The notes beneath the pieces were generated by a model that was given only the letters and a program-made list of their open reading frames with translations, made no database searches and was not told where the DNA came from. From NCBI GenBank assembly GCA_051362555.1, contig CM120641.1:11408001-11472000 (forward strand): 64,000 nucleotides of DNA, read 5' to 3'. Numbering within the stretch: the stretch's first letter is position 1; every line of letters starts with the position of its first letter. The stretch is from Lingula anatina (taxonomy: Eukaryota; Animalia; Brachiopoda). Shown one piece after another: positions 1-12,163 of the stretch. The position numbers and the translations under genes are program-made.

Positions 1-555
1 TAGCACCAGTACTACTACTAGTACTTATTGTATGCAAATTTCCACTTTTTGTGACATGGAATGAAAATCAAATTGACAATTAGGGAAACTTTTGATGACT
101 CATTTACAGCTCTAGGCATCTGAAAAAAATGACAGCCATGATGTCACTAAAACCTGAATAACATTTGATTTAAATATAAATCACTTATTCATGTTCTCAG
201 ATATGTAGCTATCTTTGTATCAAATTTCTCAAGTTATATGTATATCATATCTATATCAAAATCTCAGGCTTAATTAGAAAACATGTGTGGACCTTAAATA
301 CATTTGTATTCTATGATGTTCCAGTAATTTGGACTCGGTCATTATATATTACCAGAATCAGGGGTATTAACCTGAATAAAGTTTATGAATAATAAGAATC
401 AACAATAAAACATATTTAAATCACTTCTTCAAGGTTTTTCATTGAGTTTACCACTTTAAAATCCATTTAATGCTTGGCCTACTACAGAAACTTTTTTTTT
501 GCTACTTTGGAATTGAAAATAGAAGTAGCATCGATTTGATTATTATCGTCATAAC

Positions 556-619
556 ATGTTGTCTGCCATATTGCCAAGATATTTGATGACGCTTTTCTTG
601 GCAATATGGCAGACAACAT
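556..619. repeat. Perfect 24-bp inverted repeat with 16-nt loop (64-nt hairpin)
   Basis: ATGTTGTCTGCCATATTGCCAAGA (556-579) is the exact reverse complement of TCTTGGCAATATGGCAGACAACAT (596-619). Confidence 0.9.
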
Positions 620-740
620 AAACAAATTGTACTGTAACAGTGGTAAAACTTAGTTGCCTTTTCTACAGTTATGGATCATTTTCTCTAGTTCAATATCAAG
701 AATTGAAGATTTGATAATGAACACCTGTTGATGTTCTGAC

Positions 741-1002
741 CAGGGGCAGATCCAGGATTATGTGAAGGGGGGTCCGCGGATGCCAAGCCAACCCCCCCCC
801 CCCCCCCCCACCCACCCACCCCTCGGTGGCATTGGAAAAATATTTTGGTATTTAAGAGGATGAAGGGTGCCATTTGGTATGGTTTAAGCTATAATGCAGC
901 TGTCAAAATTCCAATTTCAAGATGAGACCACTGCAGTGATTTTTTTTTCAGAAATCAAGGGGGGGTCAGGACCCCCCTGACCCTACTATAAATCCGCCAC
1001 TG
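741..1002. mobile_element. hAT-type MITE with 8-bp TSD
   Basis: Termini CAGGGGCAGATCC...AAATCCGCCACTG; direct repeat GTTCTGAC at 733-740 and 1003-1010; related copies at 11131, 19471 and ~27340. Confidence 0.85.
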
Positions 1003-1719
1003 GTTCTGACAGAATATACTAAACATAATAATATTGATTCCAGCAATTTAAATCATGCTTATGGTTGACTCCGGTAAATATGGTACCTTTGATTCCGGTA
1101 ATTTACCAATATGATCCATTATGACTAACTCCTACCCTATGCCTAAGTTTTAGGCCTTGCATGCTAGGTAATTACTTCGGGAATCGTAGGAAGTAAGGTC
1201 ATATAAAGAAGCATCCCCCCTTTACCTTAGTCTTCGGCTTTATACTGTAGGTAAAAAATACTGAGTCAAATCCTCCCCCTGACCATACATTAAGTCAATT
1301 TGTCCTACAGGAGACATCCCATTTCAGCTTTTAGCATTCCTTAAATAACCAGTCTTGACATCTCACATTCATATATTCTATAGATATTTACATAATAAAC
1401 GTATTGCTATATATCAAACTTATTCAAGTCAAGAGATATACCTCTATCGGCGCCTTTTCTGCCTTACACTCTTGATATTACTATTGTAAATTGTCCAAGG
1501 TCAAGGTAACAATTAGATAAAACGCGCGTATAGCACCTGATTTTACCAAATAAATATCATCTGCTGTGTTATTTGCAAATATAGATCGCATATTATGAAA
1601 TAATATAATATTTTTAGTGTTTAATATAATTTTTGTTCTATTTTGAGGATTATTTGAATGGAACAGGTTTTTACTGAAGCTGTAACTTTACATCGCGCAC
1701 CTGTTACTGGTAAATAAAG

Positions 1720-2943
1720 ATGGCTGCAGCGGTCAGATTGCGCGTATCAGTGCGAGGTAAGGTTTTGGGATCAGGGATCTTGCATGGTTCGATACAAGTT
1801 CGTTTAACCTGTCTTACTTTAAATCAGTGAAATCAGCAATGAACTAAATATTTTAAATAAAGACAAAACATAAATGTAAATTTACAGCTAAATTATAAAA
1901 TAACATCAAGATTCAAGATCACAGACTCATAACCCCACGGAATTGCAAAGAAATTGTATATAATACAAGCAATTACATATAAAAATTATTTAAATCTGCC
2001 CTGGTTCCCACTGTTCTGACAGGACACAAAAAGGATCTAAGAGGGGCTCGTCACTAAAAGGAAAAATTTTGGCCAAGGTTGTCATAGTTTACGTGAAAGC
2101 CCCATAGGATTTTCATTTAGTTCTAGTGATCAACAGTGTTTCATTCAGATGAATGGAAGAAAACTTTTTGAGGTTGAAGCTAATGTTTTATAGGGTTGCA
2201 GAATCCAAATATCGAGTTATTAAGATATTTTCAGCAGTTTGCAGTGATAATTTACATATCGCATCAAAACAAAAAAAAAAAAAACCACACACCCAACCGA
2301 TTATTGGCAACAATAAATCAAAATGTCGCACCAAAAATTCAATAAACCAGCCCTTGTATTGTGCTACACAGCATGCTCTAAATTTTCATTAACTATCTTT
2401 ATGATGTTTTATTAGTATAGAGACTTACCCTAACTACAATTCTTGACTGCTGTAAATAAAAACGAGTCACATGGAATCATTTGTGCTTTTTGTTGGTTTC
2501 TGACAGGTGAAGTTGTACATCTCTGTCTCATGCAGGGAACAAACACTCAGACGACACTTACACAAAGCATTGCAAGGCTAAGTAACATTGATAAGATTCT
2601 CTGTCATACATGAGAAGATTGTCTTGTTGTAAAGATAATACTGTGGAGGGACTTTGAGGGTTTACTTTCCAAGCAAACATCATATTGACATCGATATACA
2701 AGTTATTATTTACTCAACACAGGTAAGAGTTATTACTTCCATCTTTCCATCCAAAATGCCTCCTGGAGACTGGAAGTCGTCCCAGGTGATCACTGGGAAG
2801 ACCAGATGTTGGATTCTTTGAGCCTCGATTTAAAAAAAACATTATTTTATTCTAGAAATCACCAGCAGGGCTGGAGGGTTATAATCACTTAAACTTCATT
2901 TTCAGTGTCCAAAACTGTTAGCAGTGCCAGTAAAACTACCCCC

Positions 2944-2981
<38 letters not shown>

Positions 2982-5747
2982 CATGCATTTTGTGCTTTTT
3001 CTCATTCTTGGGAAGTGGCACGATGAGGTGCGACGTTACAATTTTGATTTAATTGTTCAAGATTTGCATTTTTAGCTGAATCTTGAGACGAAAGTGTTCT
3101 GTCAGTTTACTGTATACATTACCAAATATTCCAATGGCACTTGCTTTTTTATCAACAAATAAGTACTAAGCTTTAAACTCAAGTTATGGTTTCTAAAATT
3201 AAGGCAAAGGTTAAATGGTACTTTTTATCAAATAAAATAGAAACTAGATTAAGAGTATTTTTATTTTTATTTGGAACAATTATGAACATTTTGTTTCTTC
3301 CCTTCTCTTTTACGTATTTGACACTCAGTATTTTTCTAAAGTCTGTTGTTATGCAGTGACTTTTATCAGTTTTGTTTGGCACTTTATGGTCACTTAAATA
3401 AGGTTTTTTACAGGAAATTTCAGGCACATTTGACCAATAAGGTTATGGCAAATTTTCATCCCTGAAATGACCAAAACCTGAAATTTCTTGTAAAAACATC
3501 AAAATATCAGTTAATAAATTGCAAAATCGATTTGTTTGAATAGTATTGGTCACCACATTATTGATATCAAAAAATGAAAAACTTCAGTTAGTTATTAGCT
3601 GGGGGAATGCAGCATCCAAAAGTTTACATTATATAAGCAAAGCGAAAATGTAAGGAATGCATGTCACTGTTCTTTCAGGTCAAAGTTGATGAAGAAAAAT
3701 ATAGTCTTATGTCTAAAAACATTTATATTAAGGTATTTTATAGCTTGGAACTTTTTTATCAAATCCAGTTTACGCTCTCTTTTACAGCTTTGTTAGTTAT
3801 CTTACATAGGTTAGGTACATTGAGTGTTGTGGTAGGATAAGGATTAAGAGACCATTCCCACAGATATTTAGATCGATCTATCTCCTCGGAGAGTATCACT
3901 AGATTGCTGTCAGCTTATCCGGCTCAAATGTCTGTCCCGCCTACTAAAAGCTGTAAGGGGGTAATTAACTTTATGCACGCTCGGCTCCCAGAAGCTGACA
4001 GCAATTTAGCATGAACCCCCAGGGAGTTAGGTCGATCCAGATAGATCGATCTAAATCTGTGGGAACCTAGTCTAAGAGTGTGATATAATGTGTCATCAGT
4101 GTGTAACAAACACAGCCCTTTCACTTTTTATCTATGACTTAAAAGTGTACAAATTCAGCAAAAATTGTTTTCCACTTTTGAATTTTGAATAATCTCAGTT
4201 CATACACATATTTTGCAGGATGGCTGGAAACTACAAGACCTGTCTCATTGATAGTACGTCACAAAGCCAAAATGAATGTCAAGACACGTAAACATAGACC
4301 AATGGTCATACGGGCGTTGCAAGCAATTACAGAACCACTGATTCTAGAGGACCTACAAAAACCAATATGCCCTAAAACAAAGTGGGCAAGGATAAGAGAG
4401 AATGAAGAGGAAGAGGTATAATTATTAATCCCAATATGACATTCAGTGCAAGTAAATCACATGATGTATAGATGTTACCCAAACTTGTGTAATATATTGC
4501 CTTAACAAAAACAGAAAAAGAAATTGATTCATTGCTGAAATTTCAAATTATTATTTTGCTTCAGATTTGGAAATTATATATAGAAATTGGATACAACTAT
4601 TTAATTCTGAAATTATTCATATTTTTATTCATGCAGGTCAACTTGTATCAGGATTTTCTAGTTAGAAAATGCAAAAAGCACTTAGAGAATGCAGGGCTGA
4701 TTTTAATCTGCCAGAAGCTACCCATGGGCATGAGAGACACCAAGAAAATCAAGTTGCAGTTGGAAGCCCAAGGGTTCAAAATGCCTGTGATTAGTAATAC
4801 GGTTATGAAGTAAGTGTAGATGGAAAGGCTAAAAAAGGCTGATTGTAAATGTAGTAAAGATGATGCAGAACTTTTTGGTTTGATATATATTTGATTTAGA
4901 AATCCACATCAAAGTGGTAAGCAAGCAATTTAAGAATTTATGCCTTTGTGTGAGAGAACAGTTTTTATTGTCTTGTCTATTTTGTTTTTAAGGCGTGCAA
5001 TCCATGACACCAGATGGATCCACCTGTCTCCACTGCTATTGAACCACAATTTTTATGCCACATCTGAGGATGCTCGGCTAAAGGAACTTTTGGGTTTAAT
5101 AAGGAAGTTTCCTCAACTCATACCCTTAGGTGAGTAAACAGGTGCAACGTGGGGCAGGGGTTTAGCCAAAATTGTGAAATGGGTTCAAATTCATTTCCTT
5201 ACTGAATCAGGGCACCTTGGCTCCATATGACATACTCCAATTATAAAAATCTGAAAAAAATGTCAATCCAAAATTGAAATAGGGAGTCCTACCTGTCATG
5301 AGCAAAAACTTTTCAAAGACCAATAAAAATATTGCATTCGGCCCGTCTAAGAGACAGACAACAATTTTAAAAACTGACATACTGAATAATGGATAATCTG
5401 ACATTAAGTAAGGCCTTTAGTCAGGCAAATCTTTCATAACTGTAAGTCTGAACATTTTTCTGTTTTTAAAAGTTTTCAACATGTTGCTGCTTTGTGCTAA
5501 AGTGCCTCAGGTATTAACTGTTTGTTCATTTTTTTTAGCTGCTGTTGTGGACAATACTATCCTGAACAAAGCAGATCTGCTGCACTATGCCACACTGGAC
5601 ATGGAGGTGGAGAGAACACAGCTTGTGACTCTGTTAAAGATGCCAGGAGAAAGAATTGTGCAGTTACTTAATAATCACCCAAAAGAGCTGACTTGTAACA
5701 TAGAACAATATATCAAACAAAATGGGGATGAAAACACATCTAGTTGA
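1720..5747 (+). CDS. MRPL10: 39S mitochondrial ribosomal protein L10; exons 1720-1756, 4219-4415, 4637-4809, 4993-5129, 5539-5747
   Basis: GT-AG introns join in frame to MAAAVRLRVSVRGWLETTRPVSLIVRHKAK...ICQKLPM...FKMPVISNTVMKRAIHDTRWIHLSPLLLNHNFYATSEDARLKELL...LIPLAAVVDNTILNKA...LLNNHPKELTCNIEQYIKQ. This is colinear with human MRPL10 as recalled (MAAAV start, VFPNQVLK, LLPLFVGHN, LLGGCIDDTILS, LLQHQPLQLTTLLDQYI). Confidence 0.9.
2947..2978. repeat. (CA)n microsatellite
   Basis: Pure CA run. Confidence 0.95.
3848..4072. mobile_element. PIF/Harbinger-like MITE, TAA TSD, partly palindromic body
   Basis: TAA|GAGACCATTCCCACAGAT...ATCTGTGGGAACCTAGTC|TAA with subterminal AGATCGATC motifs; same family at 7111, 7505, ~13255 and ~41478. 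Confidence 0.8.
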
Positions 5748-6481
5748 TGGTTTGTTACATTTAATCACATGGAGATGTTAGTAATGGTCAAAACACTTGA
5801 AGGCAAATTCATTGACATAGCACCTTGTTTTCTGCTTAGTAAGCATGGTAGATAAAAAATGGCAGTTTTGAGTTTCTCCCTGTCTTGTCTATTAATTAGT
5901 GTAGTTAAGTGGTTGTCTCTGTCATGTTTACATGATTATTAACGAAACATTTCTTTTGGTTAAATTTTACAAATACGTTCGGCTATAGAAGAAGTCATAT
6001 TTGATAAACTGCTACTAATGAGATAACAAATAGAATTTAGTTGGTGCGAGTAACCACAAAAAAACTATTTAGAATTTTGTTGAAATTCCTCTTTCCATTT
6101 TCAGTTCTACAAACAAATTTTCAGTTTGTAAATAAAGTAATAGCGCAACTTGCATATTCCATTGCTGCATGGCAAGTGGGGTGTGAATAGTTCCCCCCTA
6201 CATGTATAAACAGTGAACTAACTTCTATAAAACCCAAAGTGGATTTATCCACATTTATTGATTAAACTTCAATTTTAAGTTATATTTTCTTTTCAAAAGG
6301 TTTTATTACTTCGCCAACAAATTTTACACAATAAAAAATTATACCAAAGTTTGAAGGTAAACTCAGTGTAAAAATGTTATTATATATATATTATTCAACA
6401 TATCCTGCAAAGCTACTTGTCTTACCCAATTCAGACATAAAAAACAATAAAACCGTTCAGTATTGTGTATGTCTTGCTTTG

Positions 6482-6770
6482 TATTATCATCTTCGGTTTT
6501 CAGGTCTTCCATCCTGCATAATCAGAGTTGGACCTCTTCCCACATATGTCCCTCCCCCCTCCATTCTTGTCTATTTCTAGGTTTTGTGTCTTCAGCTTGC
6601 AGCTGTCTCCTGTCTGCATTCACTACCTCCAAGTTAACATTGCCCTTCCTGGATTCCTCCTTCCCTCCACCTCAAATTCTGTTGTTCTTTTTACCCAGTT
6701 GTAGTCACTCATCCTGTACTGTCTGGGGCGGTGCAGCACATCCCTGATATTTAAATTCCCATTTGCGGTA
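6482..6770 (-). mobile_element. Degenerate 3' end of an RTE-clade LINE
   Basis: The minus strand reads RMSDYNWVKRTTEFEVEGRRNPGRAMLTWR then (frameshifted) VVNADRRQLQAEDTKPRNRQEWR, matching the RTE ORF2 C-terminal 'VEGRRPRGRPKKTW...DR..WR' signature. Confidence 0.7.
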
Positions 6771-7095
6771 CCTGAAAACAATTGACAGAAATTCAGACCT
6801 ATCCTGTATGTTGTGTCCTAGCATAGTTGATTTAACATTCTGACCATGATTACCATTTCAGTATGTCTTGTCCACAGTTTAAAATTCCCTCTTTCAGTCC
6901 AATGGAAAAAGTCTTAGCTGGGAAAAGAGAGAACAATTTCTCCAAGCAGTGGAATGCTGAAACACTACCAAATAATGCGTAGGTTGCTTTACACATGTGC
7001 GCACCACAAGATATTCAAACAGCATCCGGCTCAAAAGACTTCATTGGCAAGTCGTAAATACTTTATTGTTTTTTATTGTAAGGACATTTTCTCTA

Positions 7096-7478
7096 TAGTA
7101 CAGAGAATAAGACTGGGTTCCCATGCCTAGATCGATCTAACAAGATCGATCCATCTCTTGAGAGATTTCTCGATAACTTGCTTTCAGCTTAATAAGCGGG
7201 TTAGATGTCTGGCACACCTACTGAAGCTGTTAAAAGATAATTAATTACCCCCTAGCAGCTTAAGTAGGGGTGAGAGACATCTAAGCTGCTTAAGATGATT
7301 GCAATTTAGCGAAAAACCCCTCAGAGATGGATCGATCTAGGCATGGGAATCCAGTCTTATTCTCTGTACTAACTGTGGATCGATCTATTTCCAAGAGGAC
7401 ATTTAAGCCGGTTAAGTCGATAGCAATTTAGTCAGACTCCCCAGGGAGATAGATCGATCCAAATATCTGTGGGAGAAG
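7096..7478. mobile_element. Harbinger-like MITE (7111-7356) whose right end is an inverted copy of its left end plus 15 bp of flank, followed by a partial copy (~7375-7478)
   Basis: TAGTACAGAGAATAAGACTGGGTTCCCATGCCTAGATCGATC versus GATCGATCTAGGCATGGGAATCCAGTCTTATTCTCTGTACTA (42 bp, 1 mismatch). Confidence 0.8.
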
Positions 7479-7504
7479 TTATCAACCTGATTACCATTCT
7501 TTAA

Positions 7505-7760
7505 GACTGGGTTCCCATCCCTAGATCGATCTAACAGGATCGGTCCATCTCCACGGGGTCCCTCGCTAAATTGCTTTCAGCCCAAGCGGCTTAGACGTCT
7601 GGGACGCCCACTTGAGCTGCTAAACGATAGTTAATTACCCCTATCAGCCTCAGCAGGCGTGACAGACATCTAAGTCGCCCAAGTTTATTGCAATTAAGCG
7701 AGAATCCCCTCGGAGATAGTTCGATCCAAAGTTAGTACGAAAGTCTTTGGGAATGGTCTC
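7505..7760. mobile_element. PIF/Harbinger-like MITE, TAA TSD
   Basis: TAA|GACTGGGTTCCCA...TGGGAATGGTCTC|TAA; body similar to 3848-4072 in reverse orientation. Confidence 0.8.
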
Positions 7761-8149
7761 TAAGTCACTGAAAACTCGCCTCAGCAGGGGCTTGTTAATA
7801 ATATAGAGGTACTGCCAGCGTCACACAGATAATATTCTTTCACATAATATACATACACAGATAATATTCGTTCGCACCCCCTCTTCCTCATCAACATCAT
7901 CATCATCATCAGTGGTCATAACTGCTGTTATTTAAACACATCTAACACGTCAGTTAGGTGGAATAGCTCAGTTGATGAATTTGCGATGTACACGTCGCAA
8001 ACTTTCCACGTATGTTATGCTCTGCCCCTTCTACCTCTATTTCTTTCGTTTTGCCTGTCAGTCTAAGGTGTTTTCGGTTTTTTACGCTTGAAATGTCCGG
8101 CAATTTTTATTGTTTCTCTTTGATGATTTTAATTAGGTTTAAGTTCGCA

Positions 8150-8300
8150 CTCCTTCGTTTTGAATCTTATCTGTCCATGACAGGATTAAAGGCGGATCGT
8201 CTGCGTATGACGTAATCAAATATTCAACGTTATCAATCTTCATTCCTCTTATTTCGGGAACTGATTGTATTGCCGGTGAAAGTAGTTCGATAATAAGATA
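8150..8300 (-). mobile_element. Degenerate L1/Tx1-clade LINE reverse transcriptase fragment
   Basis: IIELLSPAIQSVPEIRGMKIDNVEYLITSYADD matches the L1/Tx1 RT region 'IE.LA..IR....IKGI.I...EYKISQYADD'. Confidence 0.7.
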
Positions 8301-8493
8301 AATCTCCGGCGATCGTCTATTTATCATTTGTTTTAATCTATCGAGACATTTTGCCTGCGTTATATCAGTTTCTAGCACGACGAGTTCTTTGTCGATCAAT
8401 CTCCGGCGATCGTCTATTTTTCATTTGTTTTAATCAGTTAAGACATTTTGACTGCGTTATATCCGTTACTAGCACGACGATAGTTCTTTGTCG
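8301..8493. repeat. Two-copy 97-bp tandem repeat
   Basis: AATCTCCGGCGATCGTCTATTT...CTAGCACGACGAGTTCTTTGTCG starts at 8301 and again at 8398. Confidence 0.85.
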
Positions 8494-8829
8494 TTTAGTT
8501 TTTGAAAATCAGGGTTGCCATCTAAATTCAGACGGACAGTGTCACCAGAAGTTCCCATGCTACCACATTTGAGAAGTATGTACATCCAGACAAGGAGCTT
8601 CCAGGAGTAAAGAGGCTACCGAGACGTATTCATTTAGACTAAAATTCCAACTTTGTCTTAGCAGTTGTGGTGAACTATTCAACTTCGATAAATGCTAGTT
8701 TTAATTTAGGTGTACTTTGTATAACAATCTAGCTCGGTGAAACACTACCTGAAATTTGAGGAACAAGAAGAGCGCGATTTTCACTATTATTATAAATATC
8801 TGAAATATGACCACTCTTCTTAGTTTCAG

Positions 8830-9971
8830 ATAGGACAAATGGGGCCAACCCTCCAGGTGGAGCATATTTTGCCAGTATTGGACAACTTCCCGATGACACG
8901 TCTTCTTCGGCTGCTCCTTTACCGTACGAGATCCCGGGACGGACATGTTCTCACGTCAATTGTAAAGCAAAAAGACATATTGTTTCCTTGAAAGTTCACA
9001 AATGCGGTTCTACCACCATCTATTCAATCTTCACACGGGCAGCAGTAAAATACGGGTTGACCCTTTTAAACCCACTGCCAGGAAGACCTAGTTTTTACCC
9101 GACTACAGGTAAAGATGACCCGAGAGCTCATTTTAGGAGAATAACTGTTGCAGATGCCGCATACAGCCCAAATAAAACATATGACATGATGATTAATCAC
9201 ATGATATTTGATGCTGAAGTTGTAAAACCCATGATGCCCAACGATTCACTTCGCATAGGAATTGTCCGTGAGCCATTTTCTCAATTTAAGAGTGCTTTTA
9301 ACTTTCTGTCTATGAAAAGAAGATTTAATATTACTTCTTCTAATAGTCTGCTAACATTTTTCCAAAACCCGTATAAATATTGGAATATGTACACGCGCCG
9401 AAGTCATAACAGCATAATAAGAAATGGGATGATCTACGAGTTTGGATTTCCAGACGACGATATGGAAATCAGAAACAACGAAACTTTTATCGAACAATAC
9501 ATTGAATACATAGATAAACAATTTGATTTTATCATTGTGAATGAGCTGTTTGATGAAAGTTTGGTTTTACTTGGTAGAAAGTTATGCTGGAAGGTACATG
9601 ATCTGCTGTATGTAAAGCAAGGTGCTGGTAAGTACACTCCTGAATTTAAGAATGAAGACGACCCATGGATCATTCAACAACACAAAGCATGGAGTAAAGC
9701 TGACTATCACTTGTACGACTACTTTTTGACCAAATTGAAAAAGACAATTGCTTCTCAAGCTAAAGACTTTTATGACGAGCTTGCAAGTTTTAAAAATGCT
9801 TTGAAATTGGTGAAAAGATGTGGGTTTAAAAATGTGATAGATGTCTGTCGACGAAATGTCAGTGGAACTTACGTTGCGCTGCAGTGTGAAAAATTTGGCC
9901 GTACCAATAAACAGAACTCGTCAAGTTTTACTGATCACTCGAATGAAAAAACAAAATCTTCACTAATTTAA
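8830..9971 (+). CDS. Galactose-3-O-sulfotransferase-like copy 1: catalytic exon only, no signal-anchor exon found (possible pseudogene)
   Basis: Acceptor tttcag|AT at 8830 (phase 1) and an open frame to TAA at 9971; 5'-PAPS motif LKVHKCGSTT, 3'-PAPS motif REPFSQFKSAF, plus FDESLVLL...LCW and ADYHLYDYF typical of the GAL3ST family. Confidence 0.85.
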
Positions 9972-11130
9972 TTTATGGTGCCTGTCACAGAAAAGATTAT
10001 CGTAGCTTGATCATTGCTAGGCAAATTCTGTTTGTCCAGATAAGATCTACATTCGATCAAAAAGTTTGGAAATATGATATCGTTTTTCCAAAAATTAAAA
10101 CTATGTAATGTAGTGGGAAAATCTTCAGTATATATTAAAAATTAACGAATGGTGGGTGCATTATCCATCAATACTTGGTTAAATATTTACCTTAGCTGAT
10201 ATGGTTATTTTATAATTATTCAAAATAACGATGTTTTTTAACTTTTTTGTTCGAGTGTATATGAGGACTATATTGTATGGAATTCCAGGAGGGCAAAAAA
10301 AAAAAAAAAGAAAATGAAAAAAAATTAAAATAAAAAAATCATATTGAGATTTTATTGTGGCTTTTGCTGGCACAATAATATTTTTTATCTTGATCAATTA
10401 AAACTTAATGATGTAATTTGTCATGTTTGAAACATCACGCCTTATAAGTAGCAATGTGCAGTATCATGGAAAAAATGTGAAATTTGAGATCAAGCATGGA
10501 GCTGAAAAAGGAGAAAATTAAAGGCCAATATGACTGCTTGTAAACTACTTTCATATCCGATAAACTATTAAACTTCGTGTGAGCATTACAATTTGACTTT
10601 TTCTCATATCTCAATGTATTTGACTGGATATGTGTTTTTATTCAGATCGATGATTTTTATTCTGTTATTGAAAGGTTATGGGTTAGTTTGTCTTGTACAT
10701 GTGGCCACTGTTCGTGGCGCAGTGGCGAAACATAGGATGTCACGTGTCGCGCGCCTCTTTTTGATATCTCGTGATATTAACCATATCTCGTGAAGCTAGG
10801 GCATATTTCAGTATTACAATTACAGTAAATAAGTGATATAAATATGTATGTTATGTAAATGTGGTATTAGGGAAAAATTGTGATGGTGATGAGAACTTAA
10901 ATAGTGAGAATAAAGATGGTTTAAACAAACATCCACGGCCCTTGCTGTTTGTTTCCACTTGATCAACATCCAGGGACCTGTTTCACAATATATTGTTCGC
11001 TGAACTGTTAGTCCGGAATTTTAGTTTATTTGACCCTAGATAAATCCGTTGAAGTCCACAATTTGCATCCGTGTTAAAAGAAGAGATCAATACTAACTTT
11101 ATTTAAAAAAAAAACTATGATTATATGGAT

Positions 11131-11415
11131 CAGTGGCGGATTTATAGGGGGGGGGCTGACCTCCCCCTTCGGTTTCTGAAAAAAATCACACTAATATTCC
11201 CCCTTTGAAATTAGAATTCATGACTAGCTGATTTATAGTTCTTAACTGTTACAAATGGCGCCGTTTGCCCTCCAAAACACCAAAATACATGTATTATGGG
11301 GCCCTTCAGCGGGCCCCAAACTCCACCACAAGGGGGGCGAGGGTCAGCTTCGAATCCGAGACCTGTCATCCGTAAAAAAAAACGCCCCCCCCCTTCCAAT
11401 CCTGGATCTGCCCTT
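11131..11415. mobile_element. hAT-type MITE (same family as 741-1002), reverse orientation
   Basis: CAGTGGCGGATTT...CCTGGATCTGCCCTT; the TSD is not intact; a paralogous copy lies at ~27340-27636. Confidence 0.75.
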
Positions 11416-12163
11416 TTCATACCACCTGTAAACCGCGTTCAGCAGACAAAAAGGGTTTCTTCTTTGCAGAATTCTATGCCAAATGTGTTTTTCATAAAGT
11501 TTGCATCGTCGCAATTGCTTTGACACGGTAGAATGTTTTGTAATGATTCCCTCTTCTTATAGGGGCTTGCTTAAACTAAAACCGTCCTGGTGTCGTCTGC
11601 CTTTTATCACATTGTGCTCTTTAACGTCAGAGGTGGACCCAAACTAAATCTCAGCTTAAAACAAAGTCACAGAAAAAATCTAGGAACGCTCCGTGTCGGC
11701 TTTTCAAACAAACCGCGTGATCTAAGGCATACAGTGCCACCGGAAAGTAACCTTACCAAAAGGCCGCATGGACTCCCAACCCTGCCCCGTATGGTCGAAC
11801 AATAGAGGCTGCATGATAATTACAGGGTAGGAGAATCGGCAAGTAATCCCTATCGGATACCGAAATTAGTCGGTTTAACGAACACGCTCTGCTCCTACTT
11901 AATAGTCTCACTTCAATTTCCTTTATCGCTGATGCAAAGAGATTGCTATCGACACGATCAAACAATACCGGGTTATGTTGTTTCAACTACAACAGAAGCC
12001 TAGAGTACAGGAAATGCCAAGTTTTTCGTTATATTTCTTTAACACATGGTAAATTGCCTGTCTTGACACTTTATGGCCTTCATTTTCCATTTGTGTGCTG
12101 GGCTCCGTATCTCGAAAGGTTCGCTATGTTGCGCACGTGCGTTAGTGTCTCGATTCCATAACC

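Noticed and set aside
1-1500. Divergent minus-strand gene sharing the MRPL10 promoter
   Set aside because: Some possible splice sites (~120, ~1225-1245) but no recognisable protein could be assembled.
7958-8010. GGAATAGCTCAGTTGATG as a tRNA 5' end
   Set aside because: No B box (GTTCRA) or cloverleaf follows.
8988-8990. ORF-track starts at TTG for the sulfotransferases (8988, 18555, 25633) and in the intron for copy 4 (30899)
   Set aside because: Bacterial-style start calls; the true frames begin at splice acceptors (8830, 18400, 25475, 30868).
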